A stretch of 64,000 nt of DNA from Auanema rhodensis (taxonomy: Eukaryota > Animalia > Nematoda). Position numbers and translations under genes: made by a program. Position 1 is the stretch's first letter, and each line of letters opens with the position of its first letter. Where the stretch lies: positions 18,476,001 to 18,540,000 of the forward strand of contig OZ059899.1 of NCBI GenBank assembly GCA_964057225.1. The letters run 5' to 3'. The notes beneath the pieces are model-generated. The model saw only the letters and a program-made list of their open reading frames with translations, was not told where the DNA came from and made no database searches. Shown piece after piece: positions 53,201 through 64,000 of the stretch.

Positions 53201-56200
53201 ACAATGTTATTCAACGAAAAAATTAATTCTTCAGGGTGAAAATCGAGGATATAAGTGTGAACTTATATCAGTTGATATCTCGGTGCATTTTTAAGCTAGC
53301 GCAAATCTGATAACACAGATCGACGCAGCTTAAAAATCCGCATCGAATGCACTATACTACATTGAGAAACGCTTAATACAAAATTTAGTTATGATCGTTT
53401 GAAAAATGATGCATTAGTGTATGTTGAGTTTCCATGTACACTGAACATTGCTTCCAAAAACATTTTGACAAAAATTTTTTCAAAAAATTTCAAAAAAATT
53501 TAGCAAAAAGTAGATGTTTTTAGATTCCTTTTTTCAAGGCAAAGACGATGAACAATGTTATTCAACGAAAAAATTAATTCTTCAGGGTGAAAATCGAGGA
53601 TATAAGTGTGAACTTATATCAGTTGATATCTCGGTGCATTTTTAAGCTAGCGCAAATCTAATAATACAGATCGACGCAGCTTAAAAATCCGCATCGAATG
53701 CACTATACTACATTGAGAAACGCTTAATACAAAAATTAGTTATGATCGTTTGAAAAATGATGCCTTAGTGTATGTTGAGTTTCCATGTACACTCAACATT
53801 GCTTCCAAAAACATTTTGACAAAAATTTTTTCGAAAAATTTCAAAATAATTTAGCAAAAAGTAGATGTTTTTAGATTCCTTTTTTCAAGGCAAAGACGAT
53901 GGACAATGTTATTCAACGAAAAAATTAATTCTTCAGGGTGAAAATCGAGGATATAAGTGTGAACTTATATCAGTTGATATCTCGGTGCATTTTTAAGCTA
54001 GCGCAAATCTAATAATACAGATCGACGCAGCTTAAAAATCCGCATCGAATGCACTATACTACATTGAGAAACGCTTAATACAAAAATTAGTTATGATCGT
54101 TTGAAAAATGATGCATTAGTGTATGTTGAGTTTCCATGTACACTCAACATTGCTTCCAAAAACATTTTTACAAAAATTTTTCCGAAAAATTTCGAAATAA
54201 TTTCGCAGAAAGTAGATGTTTTTAGATTCCTTTTTTCAAGGCAAAGACGATGGACATTGTTATTCAACGAAAAAATTAATTCTGCAGGGTGAAAATCGAG
54301 GATATAAGTGTAAACTTATATTAGTTGATATCTCGGTGCATTTTTAAGCTAGCGCAAATCTGATAACACAGATCGACGCAGCTTAAAAATCCGCATCGAA
54401 TGCACTATACTACATTGAGAAACGCTTACTACAAAAATTAGTTATGATCGTTTGAAAAATGATGCATTAGTGTATGTTGAGTTTCCATGTACACTCAACA
54501 TTGCTTCCAAAAACATTTTGACAAAAATTTTTTCGAAAAATTTCAGAATATTTTAGCAAAAAATAGTTGTTTCTAGATTCCTTTTCTCAAGGCAAAGACG
54601 ATGGACAATGTTATTCAACGAAAAAATTAATTCTGCAGGGTGAAAATCGAGGATTTAAGTGTGAACTTATATCAGTTGATATCTCGGTGAATTTTTAAGC
54701 TAGCGCAAATCTGATAAAACAGATCGACGCAGCTTAAAAATCCGCATCGAATGCACTATACAACATTGAGAAACGCTTAATACAAAAATTAGTTATGATC
54801 GTTTGAAAAAAGACGCATTAGTGTATGTTGAGTTTCCATGTACACTCAACATTGCTTCCAAAAACATTTTTACAAAAATTTTTCCGAAAAATTTCGAAAC
54901 AATTTCGCAAAAAGTAGATGTTTTTAGATTCCTTTTTTCAAGGCAAAGACGATGGACATTGTTATTCAACGAAAAAATTAATTCTTCAGGGTGAAAATCG
55001 AGGATATAAGTGTGAACTTATATCAGTTGATATCTCGGTGCATTTTCAAGCTAGCGCAAATCTGATAACACAGATCGACGCAGCTTAAAAATCCGCATCG
55101 AATGCACTATACTACATTGAGAAACGCTTAATACAAAAATTAGTTATGATCGTTTGAAAAATGATGCCTTAGTGTATGTTGAGTTTCCATGTACACTCAA
55201 CATTGCTTCCAAAAACATTTTGACAAAAATTTTTTCGAAAAATTTCAAAATAATTTAGCGAAAAGTAGATGTTTTTAGATTCCTTTTTACAAGGCAAAGA
55301 CGATGGACAATGTTATTCAACGAAAAAATTAATTCTTCAGGGTGAAAATCGAGGATATAAGTGTGAACTTATATCAGTTGATATCTCGGTGCATTTTTAA
55401 GCTAGCGCAAATCTGATAACACAGATCGACGCAGCTTAAAAATCCGCATCGAATGCACTATACTACATTGAGAAACGCTTAATACAAAATTTAGTTATGA
55501 TCGTTTGAAAAATGATGCATTAGTGTATGTTGAGTTTCCATGTACACTGAACATTGCTTCCAAAAACATTTTGACAAAAATTTTTTCAAAAAATTTCAAA
55601 AAAATTTAGCAAAAAGTAGATGTTTTTAGATTCCTTTTTTCAAGGCAAAGACGATGAACAATGTTATTCAACGAAAAAATTAATTCTTCAGGGTGAAAAT
55701 CGAGGATATAAGTGTGAACTTATATCAGTTGATATCTCGGTGCATTTTTAAGCTAGCGCAAATCTAATAATACAGATCGACGCAGCTTAAAAATCCGCAT
55801 CGAATGCACTATACTACATTGAGAAACGCTTAATACAAAAATTAGTTATGATCGTTTGAAAAATGATGCCTTAGTGTATGTTGAGTTTCCATGTACACTC
55901 AACATTGCTTCCAAAAACATTTTGACAAAAATTTTTTCGAAAAATTTCAAAATAATTTAGCAAAAAGTAGATGTTTTTAGATTCCTTTTTTCAAGGCAAA
56001 GACGATGGACAATGTTATTCAACGAAAAAATTAATTCTTCAGGGTGAAAATCGAGGATATAAGTGTGAACTTATATCAGTTGATATCTCGGTGCACTTTT
56101 AAGCTAGCGCAAATCTGATAACACAGATCGACGCAGCTTAAAAATCCGCATCGAATGCACTATACTACATTGAGAAACGCTTAATACAAAATTTAGTTAT

Positions 56201-56216
56201 GATCGTTTGAAAAATG
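50250..56216. repeat. Three tandem higher-order units of 5, 6 and 6 monomers
   Basis: Units start at 50250, 52005 and 54111. ORF-track variants recur at 50240/51995/54101 and 50942/52697/54803. Confidence 0.87.
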
Positions 56217-56574
56217 ATGCAATAGTGTATGTTGAGTTTCCATGTACACTGAACACTCAACATTGCTTCCAAAAACATTTTTACAAAAATTTTTCCGGAA
56301 AATTTCGAAATAATTTCGCAGAAAGTAGATGTTTTTAGATTCCTTTTTCCAAGGCAAAGACGATGGACAATGTTATTCAACGAAAAAATTAATTCTGCAG
56401 GGTGAAAATCGAGGATATAAGTGTGAACTTATATTAGTTGATATCTCGGTGCATTTTTAAACTAGCGCAAATCTGATAACACAGATCGACGCAGCTTAAA
56501 AATCCGCATCGAATGCACTATACTACATTGAGAAACGTTTAATACAAAAATTAGTTATGATCGTTTGAAAAATG
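56217..56574. repeat. Single 358-bp variant monomer
   Basis: ACACTGAACACTCAACAT at ~56246. The phase shift goes from +56 to +63. Confidence 0.95.
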
Positions 56575-58329
56575 ATGCATTAGTGTATGTTGAGTTTCCA
56601 TGTACACTCAACATTGCTTCCAAAAACATTTTGACAAAAATTTTTTCGAAAAATTTCAGAATATTTTAGCAAAAAATAGTTGTTTTTAGATTCCTTTTTT
56701 CAAGGCAAAGACGATGGACAATGTTATTCAACGAAAAAATTAATTATGCAGGGTGAAAATCGAGGATATAAGTGTGAACTTATATCAGTTGATATCTCGG
56801 TGCATTTTTAAGCTAGCGCAAATCTGATAACACAGATCGACGCAGCTTAAAAATCCGCATCGAATGCACTATACTACATTGAGAAACGCTTAATACAAAA
56901 ATTAGTTATGATCGTTTGAAAAATGATGCATTAGTGTATGTTGAGTTTCCATGTACACTCAACATTGCTTCCAAAAACATTTTTACAAAAATTTTTCCGG
57001 AAAATTTCGAAACAATTTCGCAAAAAGTAGATGTTTTTAGATTCCTTTTTTCAAGGCAAAGACGATGGACAATGTTATTCAACGAAAAAATTAATTCTGC
57101 AGGGTGAAAATCGAGGATATAAGTGTGAACTTATATCAGTTGATATCTCGGTGCATTTTTAAGCTAGCGCAAATCTGATAACACAGATCGACGCAGCTTA
57201 AAAAGCCGCATCGAATGCACTATACAACATTGAGAAACGCTTAATACAAAAATTAGTTATGATCGTTTGAAAAATGATGCATTAGTGTATGTTGAGTTTC
57301 CATGTACACTCAACATTGCTTCCAAAAACATTTTTACAAAAATTTTTCCGGAAAATTTCGAAACAATTTCGCAAAAAGTAGATGTTTTTAGATTCCTTTT
57401 TTCAAGGCAAAGACGATGGACAATGTTATTCAACGAAAAAATTAATTCTGCAGGGTGAAAATCGAGGATATAAGTGTGAACTTATATCAGTTGATATCTC
57501 GGTGCATTTTTAAGCTAGCGCAAATCTGATAACACAGATCGACGCAGCTTAAAAATCCGCATCGAATGCACTATACAACATTGAGAAACGCTTAATACAA
57601 AAATTAGTTATGATCGTTTGAAAAAAGACGCATTAGTGTATGTTGAGTTTCCATGTACACTCAACATTGCTTCCAAAAACATTTTTACAAAAATTTTTCC
57701 GAAAAATTTCGAAACAATTTCGCAAAAAGTAGATGTTTTTAGATTCCTTTTTTCAAGGCAAAGACGATGGACATTGTTATTCAACGAAAAAATTAATTCT
57801 GCAGGGTGAAAATCGAGGATATAAGTGTGAACTTATATCAGTTGATATCTCGGTGCATTTTTAAGGTAGCGCAAATCTGATAACACAGATCGACGCAGCT
57901 TAAAAATCCGCATCGAATGCACTATACAACATTGAGAAACGCTTAATACAAAAATTAGTTATGATCGTTTGAAAAATGATGCATTAGTGTATGTTGAGTT
58001 TCCATGTACACTCAACATTGCTTCCAAAAACATTTTTACAAAAATTTTTCCGGAAAATTTCGAAACAATTTCGCAAAAAGTAGATGTTTTTAGATTCCTT
58101 TTTTCAAGGCAAAGACGATGGACAATGTTATTCAACGAAAAAATTAATTCTGCAGGGTGAAAATCGAGGATATAAGTGTGAACTTATATCAGTTGATATC
58201 TCGGTGCATTTTTAAGCTAGCGCAAATCTGATAACACAGATCGACGCAGCTTAAAAAGCCGCATCGAATGCACTATACAACATTGAGAAACGCTTAATAC
58301 AAAAATTAGTTATGATCGTTTGAAAAATG

Positions 58330-61300
58330 ATGCATTAGTGTATGTTGAGTTTCCATGTACACTCAACATTGCTTCCAAAAACATTTTTACAAAAATTTTT
58401 CCGGAAAATTTCGAAACAATTTCGCAAAAAGTAGATGTTTTTAGATTCCTTTTTTCAAGGCAAAGACGATGGACAATGTTATTCAACGAAAAAATTAATT
58501 CTGCAGGGTGAAAATCGAGGATATAAGTGTGAACTTATATCAGTTGATATCTCGGTGCATTTTTAAGCTAGCGCAAATCTGATAACACAGATCGACGCAG
58601 CTTAAAAAGCCGCATCGAATGCACTATACAACATTGAGAAACGCTTAATACAAAAATTAGTTATGATCGTTTGAAAAATGATGCATTAGTGTATGTTGAG
58701 TTTCCATGTACACTCAACATTGCTTCCAAAAACATTTTTACAAAAATTTTTCCGGAAAATTTCGAAACAATTTCGCAAAAAGTAGATGTTTTTAGATTCC
58801 TTTTTTCAAGGCAAAGACGATGGACAATGTTATTCAACGAAAAAATTAATTCTGCAGGGTGAAAATCGAGGATATAAGTGTGAACTTATATCAGTTGATA
58901 TCTCGGTGCATTTTTAAGCTAGCGCAAATCTGATAACACAGATCGACGCAGCTTAAAAATCCGCATCGAATGCACTATACTACATTGAGAAACGCTTAAT
59001 ACAAAAATTAGTTATGATCGTTTGAAAAATGATGCATTAGTGTATGTTGAGTTTCCATGTACACTCAACATTGCTTCCAAAAACATTTTTACAAAAATTT
59101 TTCCGAAAAATTTCGAAACAATTTCGCGAAAAGTAGATGTTTTTAGATTCCTTTTTTCAAGGCAAAGACGATGGACATTGTTATTCAACGAAAAAATTAA
59201 TTCTGCAGGGTGAAAATCGAGGATATAAGTGTGAACTTATATCAGTTGATATCTCGGTGCATTTTTAAGGTAGCGCAAATCTGATAACACAGATCGACGC
59301 AGCTTAGAAATCCGCATCGAATGCACTATACTACATTGAGAAACGCTTAATACAAAAATTAGTTATGATCGTTTGAAAAATGATGCATTAGTGTATGTTG
59401 AGTTTCCATGTACACTCAACATTGCTTCCAAAAACATTTTTACAAAAATTTTTCCGAAAAATTTCGAAATAATTTCGCAGAAAGTAGATGTTTTTAGATT
59501 CCTTTTTTCAAGGCAAAGACGATGGACATTGTTATTCAACGAAAAAATTAATTCTGCAGGGTGAAAATCGAGGATATAAGTGTGAACTTATATTAGTTGA
59601 TATCTCGGTGCATTTTTAAGCTAGCGCAAATCTGATAACACAGATCGACGCAGCTTAAAAATCCGCATCGAATGCACTATACTACATTGAGAAACGCTTA
59701 CTACAAAAATTAGTTATGATCGTTTGAAAAATGATGCATTAGTGTATGTTGAGTTTCCATGTACACTCAACATTGCTTCCAAAAACATTTTGACAAAAAT
59801 TTTTTCGAAAAATTTCAGAATATTTTAGCAAAAAATAGTTGTTTCTAGATTCCTTTTCTCTAGGCAAAGACGATGGACAATGTTATTCAACGAAAAAATT
59901 AATTCTGCAGGGTGAAAATCGAGGATTTAAGTGTGAACTTATATCAGTTGATATCTCGGTGAATTTTTAAGCTAGCGCAAATCTGATAAAACAGATCGAC
60001 GCAGCTTAAAAATCCGCATCGAATGCACTATACAACATTGAGAAACGCTTAATACAAAAATTAGTTATGATCGTTTGAAAAAAGACGCATTAGTGTATGT
60101 TGAGTTTCCATGTACACTCAACATTGCTTCCAAAAACATTTTTACAAAAATTTTTCCGAAAAATTTCGAAACAATTTCGCAAAAAGTAGATGTTTTTAGA
60201 TTCCTTTTTTCAAGGCAAAGACGATGGACATTGTTATTCAACGAAAAAATTAATTCTGCAGGGTGAAAATCGAGGATATAAGTGTGAACTTATATCAGTT
60301 GATATCTCGGTGCATTTTTAAGGTAGCGCAAATCTGATAACACAGATCGACGCAGCTTAAAAATCCGCATCGAATGCACTATACAACATTGAGAAACGCT
60401 TAATACAAAAATTAGTTATGATCGTTTGAAAAATGATGCATTAGTGTATGTTGAGTTTCCATGTACACTCAACATTGCTTCCAAAAACATTTTTACAAAA
60501 ATTTTTCCGGAAAATTTCGAAACAATTTCGCAAAAAGTAGATGTTTTTAGATTCCTTTTTTCAAGGCAAAGACGATGGACAATGTTATTCAACGAAAAAA
60601 TTAATTCTGCAGGGTGAAAATCGAGGATATAAGTGTGAACTTATATCAGTTGATATCTCGGTGCATTTTTAAGCTAGCGCAAATCTGATAACACAGATCG
60701 ACGCAGCTTAAAAAGCCGCATCGAATGCACTATACAACATTGAGAAACGCTTAATACAAAAATTAGTTATGATCGTTTGAAAAATGATGCATTAGTGTAT
60801 GTTGAGTTTCCATGTACACTCAACATTGCTTCCAAAAACATTTTTACAAAAATTTTTCCGGAAAATTTCGAAACAATTTCGCAAAAAGTAGATGTTTTTA
60901 GATTCCTTTTTTCAAGGCAAAGACGATGGACAATGTTATTCAACGAAAAAATTAATTCTGCAGGGTGAAAATCGAGGATATAAGTGTGAACTTATATCAG
61001 TTGATATCTCGGTGCATTTTTAAGCTAGCGCAAATCTGATAACACAGATCGACGCAGCTTAAAAATCCGCATCGAATGCACTATACTACATTGAGAAACG
61101 CTTAATACAAAAATTAGTTATGATCGTTTGAAAAATGATGCATTAGTGTATGTTGAGTTTCCATGTACACTCAACATTGCTTCCAAAAACATTTTTACAA
61201 AAATTTTTCCGAAAAATTTCGAAACAATTTCGCGAAAAGTAGATGTTTTTAGATTCCTTTTTTCAAGGCAAAGACGATGGACATTGTTATTCAACGAAAA

Positions 61301-62541
61301 AATTAATTCTGCAGGGTGAAAATCGAGGATATAAGTGTGAACTTATATCAGTTGATATCTCGGTGCATTTTTAAGGTAGCGCAAATCTGATAACACAGAT
61401 CGACGCAGCTTAGAAATCCGCATCGAATGCACTATACTACATTGAGAAACGCTTAATACAAAAATTAGTTATGATCGTTTGAAAAATGATGCATTAGTGT
61501 ATGTTGAGTTTCCATGTACACTCAACATTGCTTCCAAAAACATTTTTACAAAAATTTTTCCGAAAAATTTCGAAATAATTTCGCAGAAAGTAGATGTTTT
61601 TAGATTCCTTTTTTCAAGGCAAAGACGATGGACATTGTTATTCAACGAAAAAATTAATTCTGCAGGGTGAAAATCGAGGATATAAGTGTGAACTTATATT
61701 AGTTGATATCTCGGTGCATTTTTAAGCTAGCGCAAATCTGATAACACAGATCGACGCAGCTTAAAAATCCGCATCGAATGCACTATACTACATTGAGAAA
61801 CGCTTACTACAAAAATTAGTTATGATCGTTTGAAAAATGATGCATTAGTGTATGTTGAGTTTCCATGTACACTCAACATTGCTTCCAAAAACATTTTGAC
61901 AAAAATTTTTTCGAAAAATTTCAGAATATTTTAGCAAAAAATAGTTGTTTCTAGATTCCTTTTCTCAAGGCAAAGACGATGGACAATGTTATTCAACGAA
62001 AAAATTAATTCTGCAGGGTGAAAATCGAGGATTTAAGTGTGAACTTATATCAGTTGATATCTCGGTGAATTTTTAAGCTAGCGCAAATCTGATAAAACAG
62101 ATCGACGCAGCTTAAAAATCCGCATCGAATGCACTATACAACATTGAGAAACGCTTAATACAAAAATTAGTTATGATCGTTTGAAAAAAGACGCATTAGT
62201 GTATGTTGAGTTTCCATGTACACTCAACATTGCTTCCAAAAACATTTTTACAAAAATTTTTCCGAAAAATTTCGAAACAATTTCGCAAAAAGTAGATGTT
62301 TTTAGATTCCTTTTTTCAAGGCAAAGACGATGGACATTGTTATTCAACGAAAAAATTAATTCTGCAGGGTGAAAATCGAGGATATAAGTGTGAACTTATA
62401 TCAGTTGATATCTCGGTGCATTTTTAAGGTAGCGCAAATCTGATAACACAGATCGACGCAGCTTAAAAATCCGCATCGAATGCACTATACAACATTGAGA
62501 AACGCTTAATACAAAAATTAGTTATGATCGTTTGAAAAATG
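58330..62541. repeat. Tandem 6-monomer (2106 bp) duplication
   Basis: The ORF variant series at 58320/58671/59022/59373/60075 repeats at 60426/60777/61128/61479/62181. Confidence 0.9.
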
Positions 62542-64000
62542 ATGCATTAGTGTATGTTGAGTTTCCATGTACACTCAACATTGCTTTCAAAAACATTTTG
62601 ACAAAAATTTTTCCGAAAAATTTCAAAATAATTTCCCAAAAAGTAGATGTTTTTAGATTCCTTTTTTCAAGGCAAAGACGATGGACAAAGTTATTCAACG
62701 AAAAAATTAATTCTGCAGGGTGAAAATCGAGGATATAAGTGTGAACTTATATCAGTTGATATTTCGGTGCATTTTTAAGCTAGCGCAAATCTGATAACAC
62801 AGATCGACGCAGCTTAAAAATCCGCATCGAATGCACTATACTACATTGAAAAACGCTTAATACAAAAATTAGTTATGATCGTTTGAAAAAAGATGCATTA
62901 GTGTATGTTGAGTTTCCATGTATACTCAACATTGCTTCCAAAAACATTTTGACAAAAATTTTTCCGAAAAATTTCAAAATAATTTCGCAAAAAGTAGATG
63001 TTTTTAGATTTCTTTTTTCAAGGCAAAGACGATGGACAATTTTATTCAACGAAAAAATTAATTCTCCAGGGTGAAAATCGAGGATATAAGTGTGAACTTA
63101 TATCAGTTGATATCTCGGTGCATTTTTAAGCTAGCGCAAATCTGATAACACAGATCGACGCAGCTTAAAAATCCGCATCGAATGCACTATACTACATTGA
63201 GAAACGCTTAATACAAAAATTAGTTATGATCGTTTGAAAAATGATGCATTAGTGTATGTTGAGTTTCCATGTACACTCAACATTGCTTCCAAAAACATTT
63301 TGACAAAAATTTTTTCGAAAAATTTCAGAATATTTTAGCAAAAAATAGTTGTTTTTAGATTCCTTTTCTCAAGGCAAAGACGATGGACAATGTTATTCAA
63401 CGAAAAAATTAATTCTGCAGGGTGAAAATCGAGGATATAAGTGTAAACTTATATCAGTTGATATCTCGGTGCATTTTTAAGCTAGCGCAAATCTGATAAC
63501 ACAGATCGACGCAGCTTAAAAATTCGCATTGAATGCACTATACTACATTGAGAAACGCTTAATACAAAAATTAGTTATGATCGTTTGAAAAATGATGCAT
63601 TAGTGTATGTTGAGTTTCCATGTACACTCAACATTGCTTCCAAAAACATTTTGACAAAAATTTTTTCGAAAAATTTCAGAATATTTTAGCAAAAAATAGT
63701 TGTTTTTAGATTCCTTTTCTCAAGGCAAAGACGATGGACATTGTTATTCAACGAAAAAATTAATTCTGCAGGGTGAAAATCGAGGATATAAGTGTGAACT
63801 TATATCAGTTGATATCTCGGTGCATTTTTAAGCTAGCGCAAATCTGATAAAACAGATCGACGCAGCTTAAAAATCCGCATCGAATGCACTATACAACATT
63901 GAGAAACGCTTAATACAAAAATTAGTTATGATCGTTTGAAAAATGATGCATTAGTGTATGTTGAGTTTCCATGTACACTCAACATTGCTTTCAAAAACAT

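Larger units (their letters stand above)
31240..56216. repeat. Mixed domain of interleaved subfamily A, B, C and 358-bp monomers
   Basis: B markers (TTTTTACA, TTCC(G)G, TTTCGC, CTGCAG) and the C marker (CAGAATATTTTAGCAAAAAATAGTTG) alternate with A-type monomers. Confidence 0.88.
1..64000. repeat. Tandem satellite DNA array, 351-bp AT-rich monomer, ~182 copies, all in one orientation; runs off both window ends
   Basis: ATGC(A/C)TTAGTGTATGTTGAG recurs at 1, 352, 7021, 14041, 21061 and 28081 (exact multiples of 351). The last start is 63946 = 1+182x351+9x7. The ORF track also repeats every 351 bp. Confidence 0.99.
56217..64000. repeat. Subfamily B/C domain
   Basis: No TCTTCAGG A-type monomer was seen after 56217. 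ORF-track hits are nearly continuous, interrupted only by C-type monomers. Confidence 0.85.

Noticed and set aside
56165-56380. 71-aa minus-strand ORF
   Set aside because: Unique to one 358-bp monomer with a private T>A at ~56222 that removes a stop.
32297-63074. About 40 near-identical 63-aa ORFs as an amplified small-protein gene family
   Set aside because: The start is TTG, not ATG. The frame is open only where TAG becomes TCG/TCC and is closed in most monomers. Variation is largely amino-acid changing (E/K, T/I, M/L/K/I, Q/R, N/K). The K/F/I/N-rich content mirrors the A/T tracts, and no domain is recognisable.
1-64000. CRISPR array, 5S/tRNA/snRNA gene cluster or telomeric repeat
   Set aside because: There are no unique spacers or cas genes, no recognisable RNA gene, and no short telomeric motif.
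1-64000. Assembly artefact from a collapsed or repeated consensus
   Set aside because: Private SNPs (e.g. ~6162, 17448, 21534, 23232) and a nested pattern of shared variants argue for real sequence, although read-level confirmation is still needed.

Overview
The whole 64 kb window is one uninterrupted head-to-tail satellite DNA array. It holds 182 complete monomers plus 55 bp: 173 of 351 bp and 9 of 358 bp, about 30.5% GC by hand count of monomer 1. I saw no inversion, inserted element or unique sequence. There are no credible protein or RNA genes; the 63-aa ORFs are one chance TTG-initiated frame within the monomer. The interest lies in the array architecture. (i) Subfamily A is pure over 1-31239, a mixed zone spans 31240-56216, and subfamilies B/C occupy 56217-end. 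(ii) Local higher-order repeats of 2, 4, 5-6, 8 and 9 monomers occur, plus block copies 6.3 kb and 28 kb apart. (iii) A 358-bp variant looks like a frozen out-of-register junction between two alleles. (iv) At least one gene-conversion tract can be mapped. (v) The monomer is rich in dyads: a ~67-nt hairpin, a 9-bp stem with a GNRA-type loop, and a palindrome with a compensated double substitution. Size, AT content and lack of CpG depletion fit a eukaryotic (peri)centromeric satellite, plausibly insect. That is inference, and I do not recognise the family. All counts were made by eye and by coordinate arithmetic.
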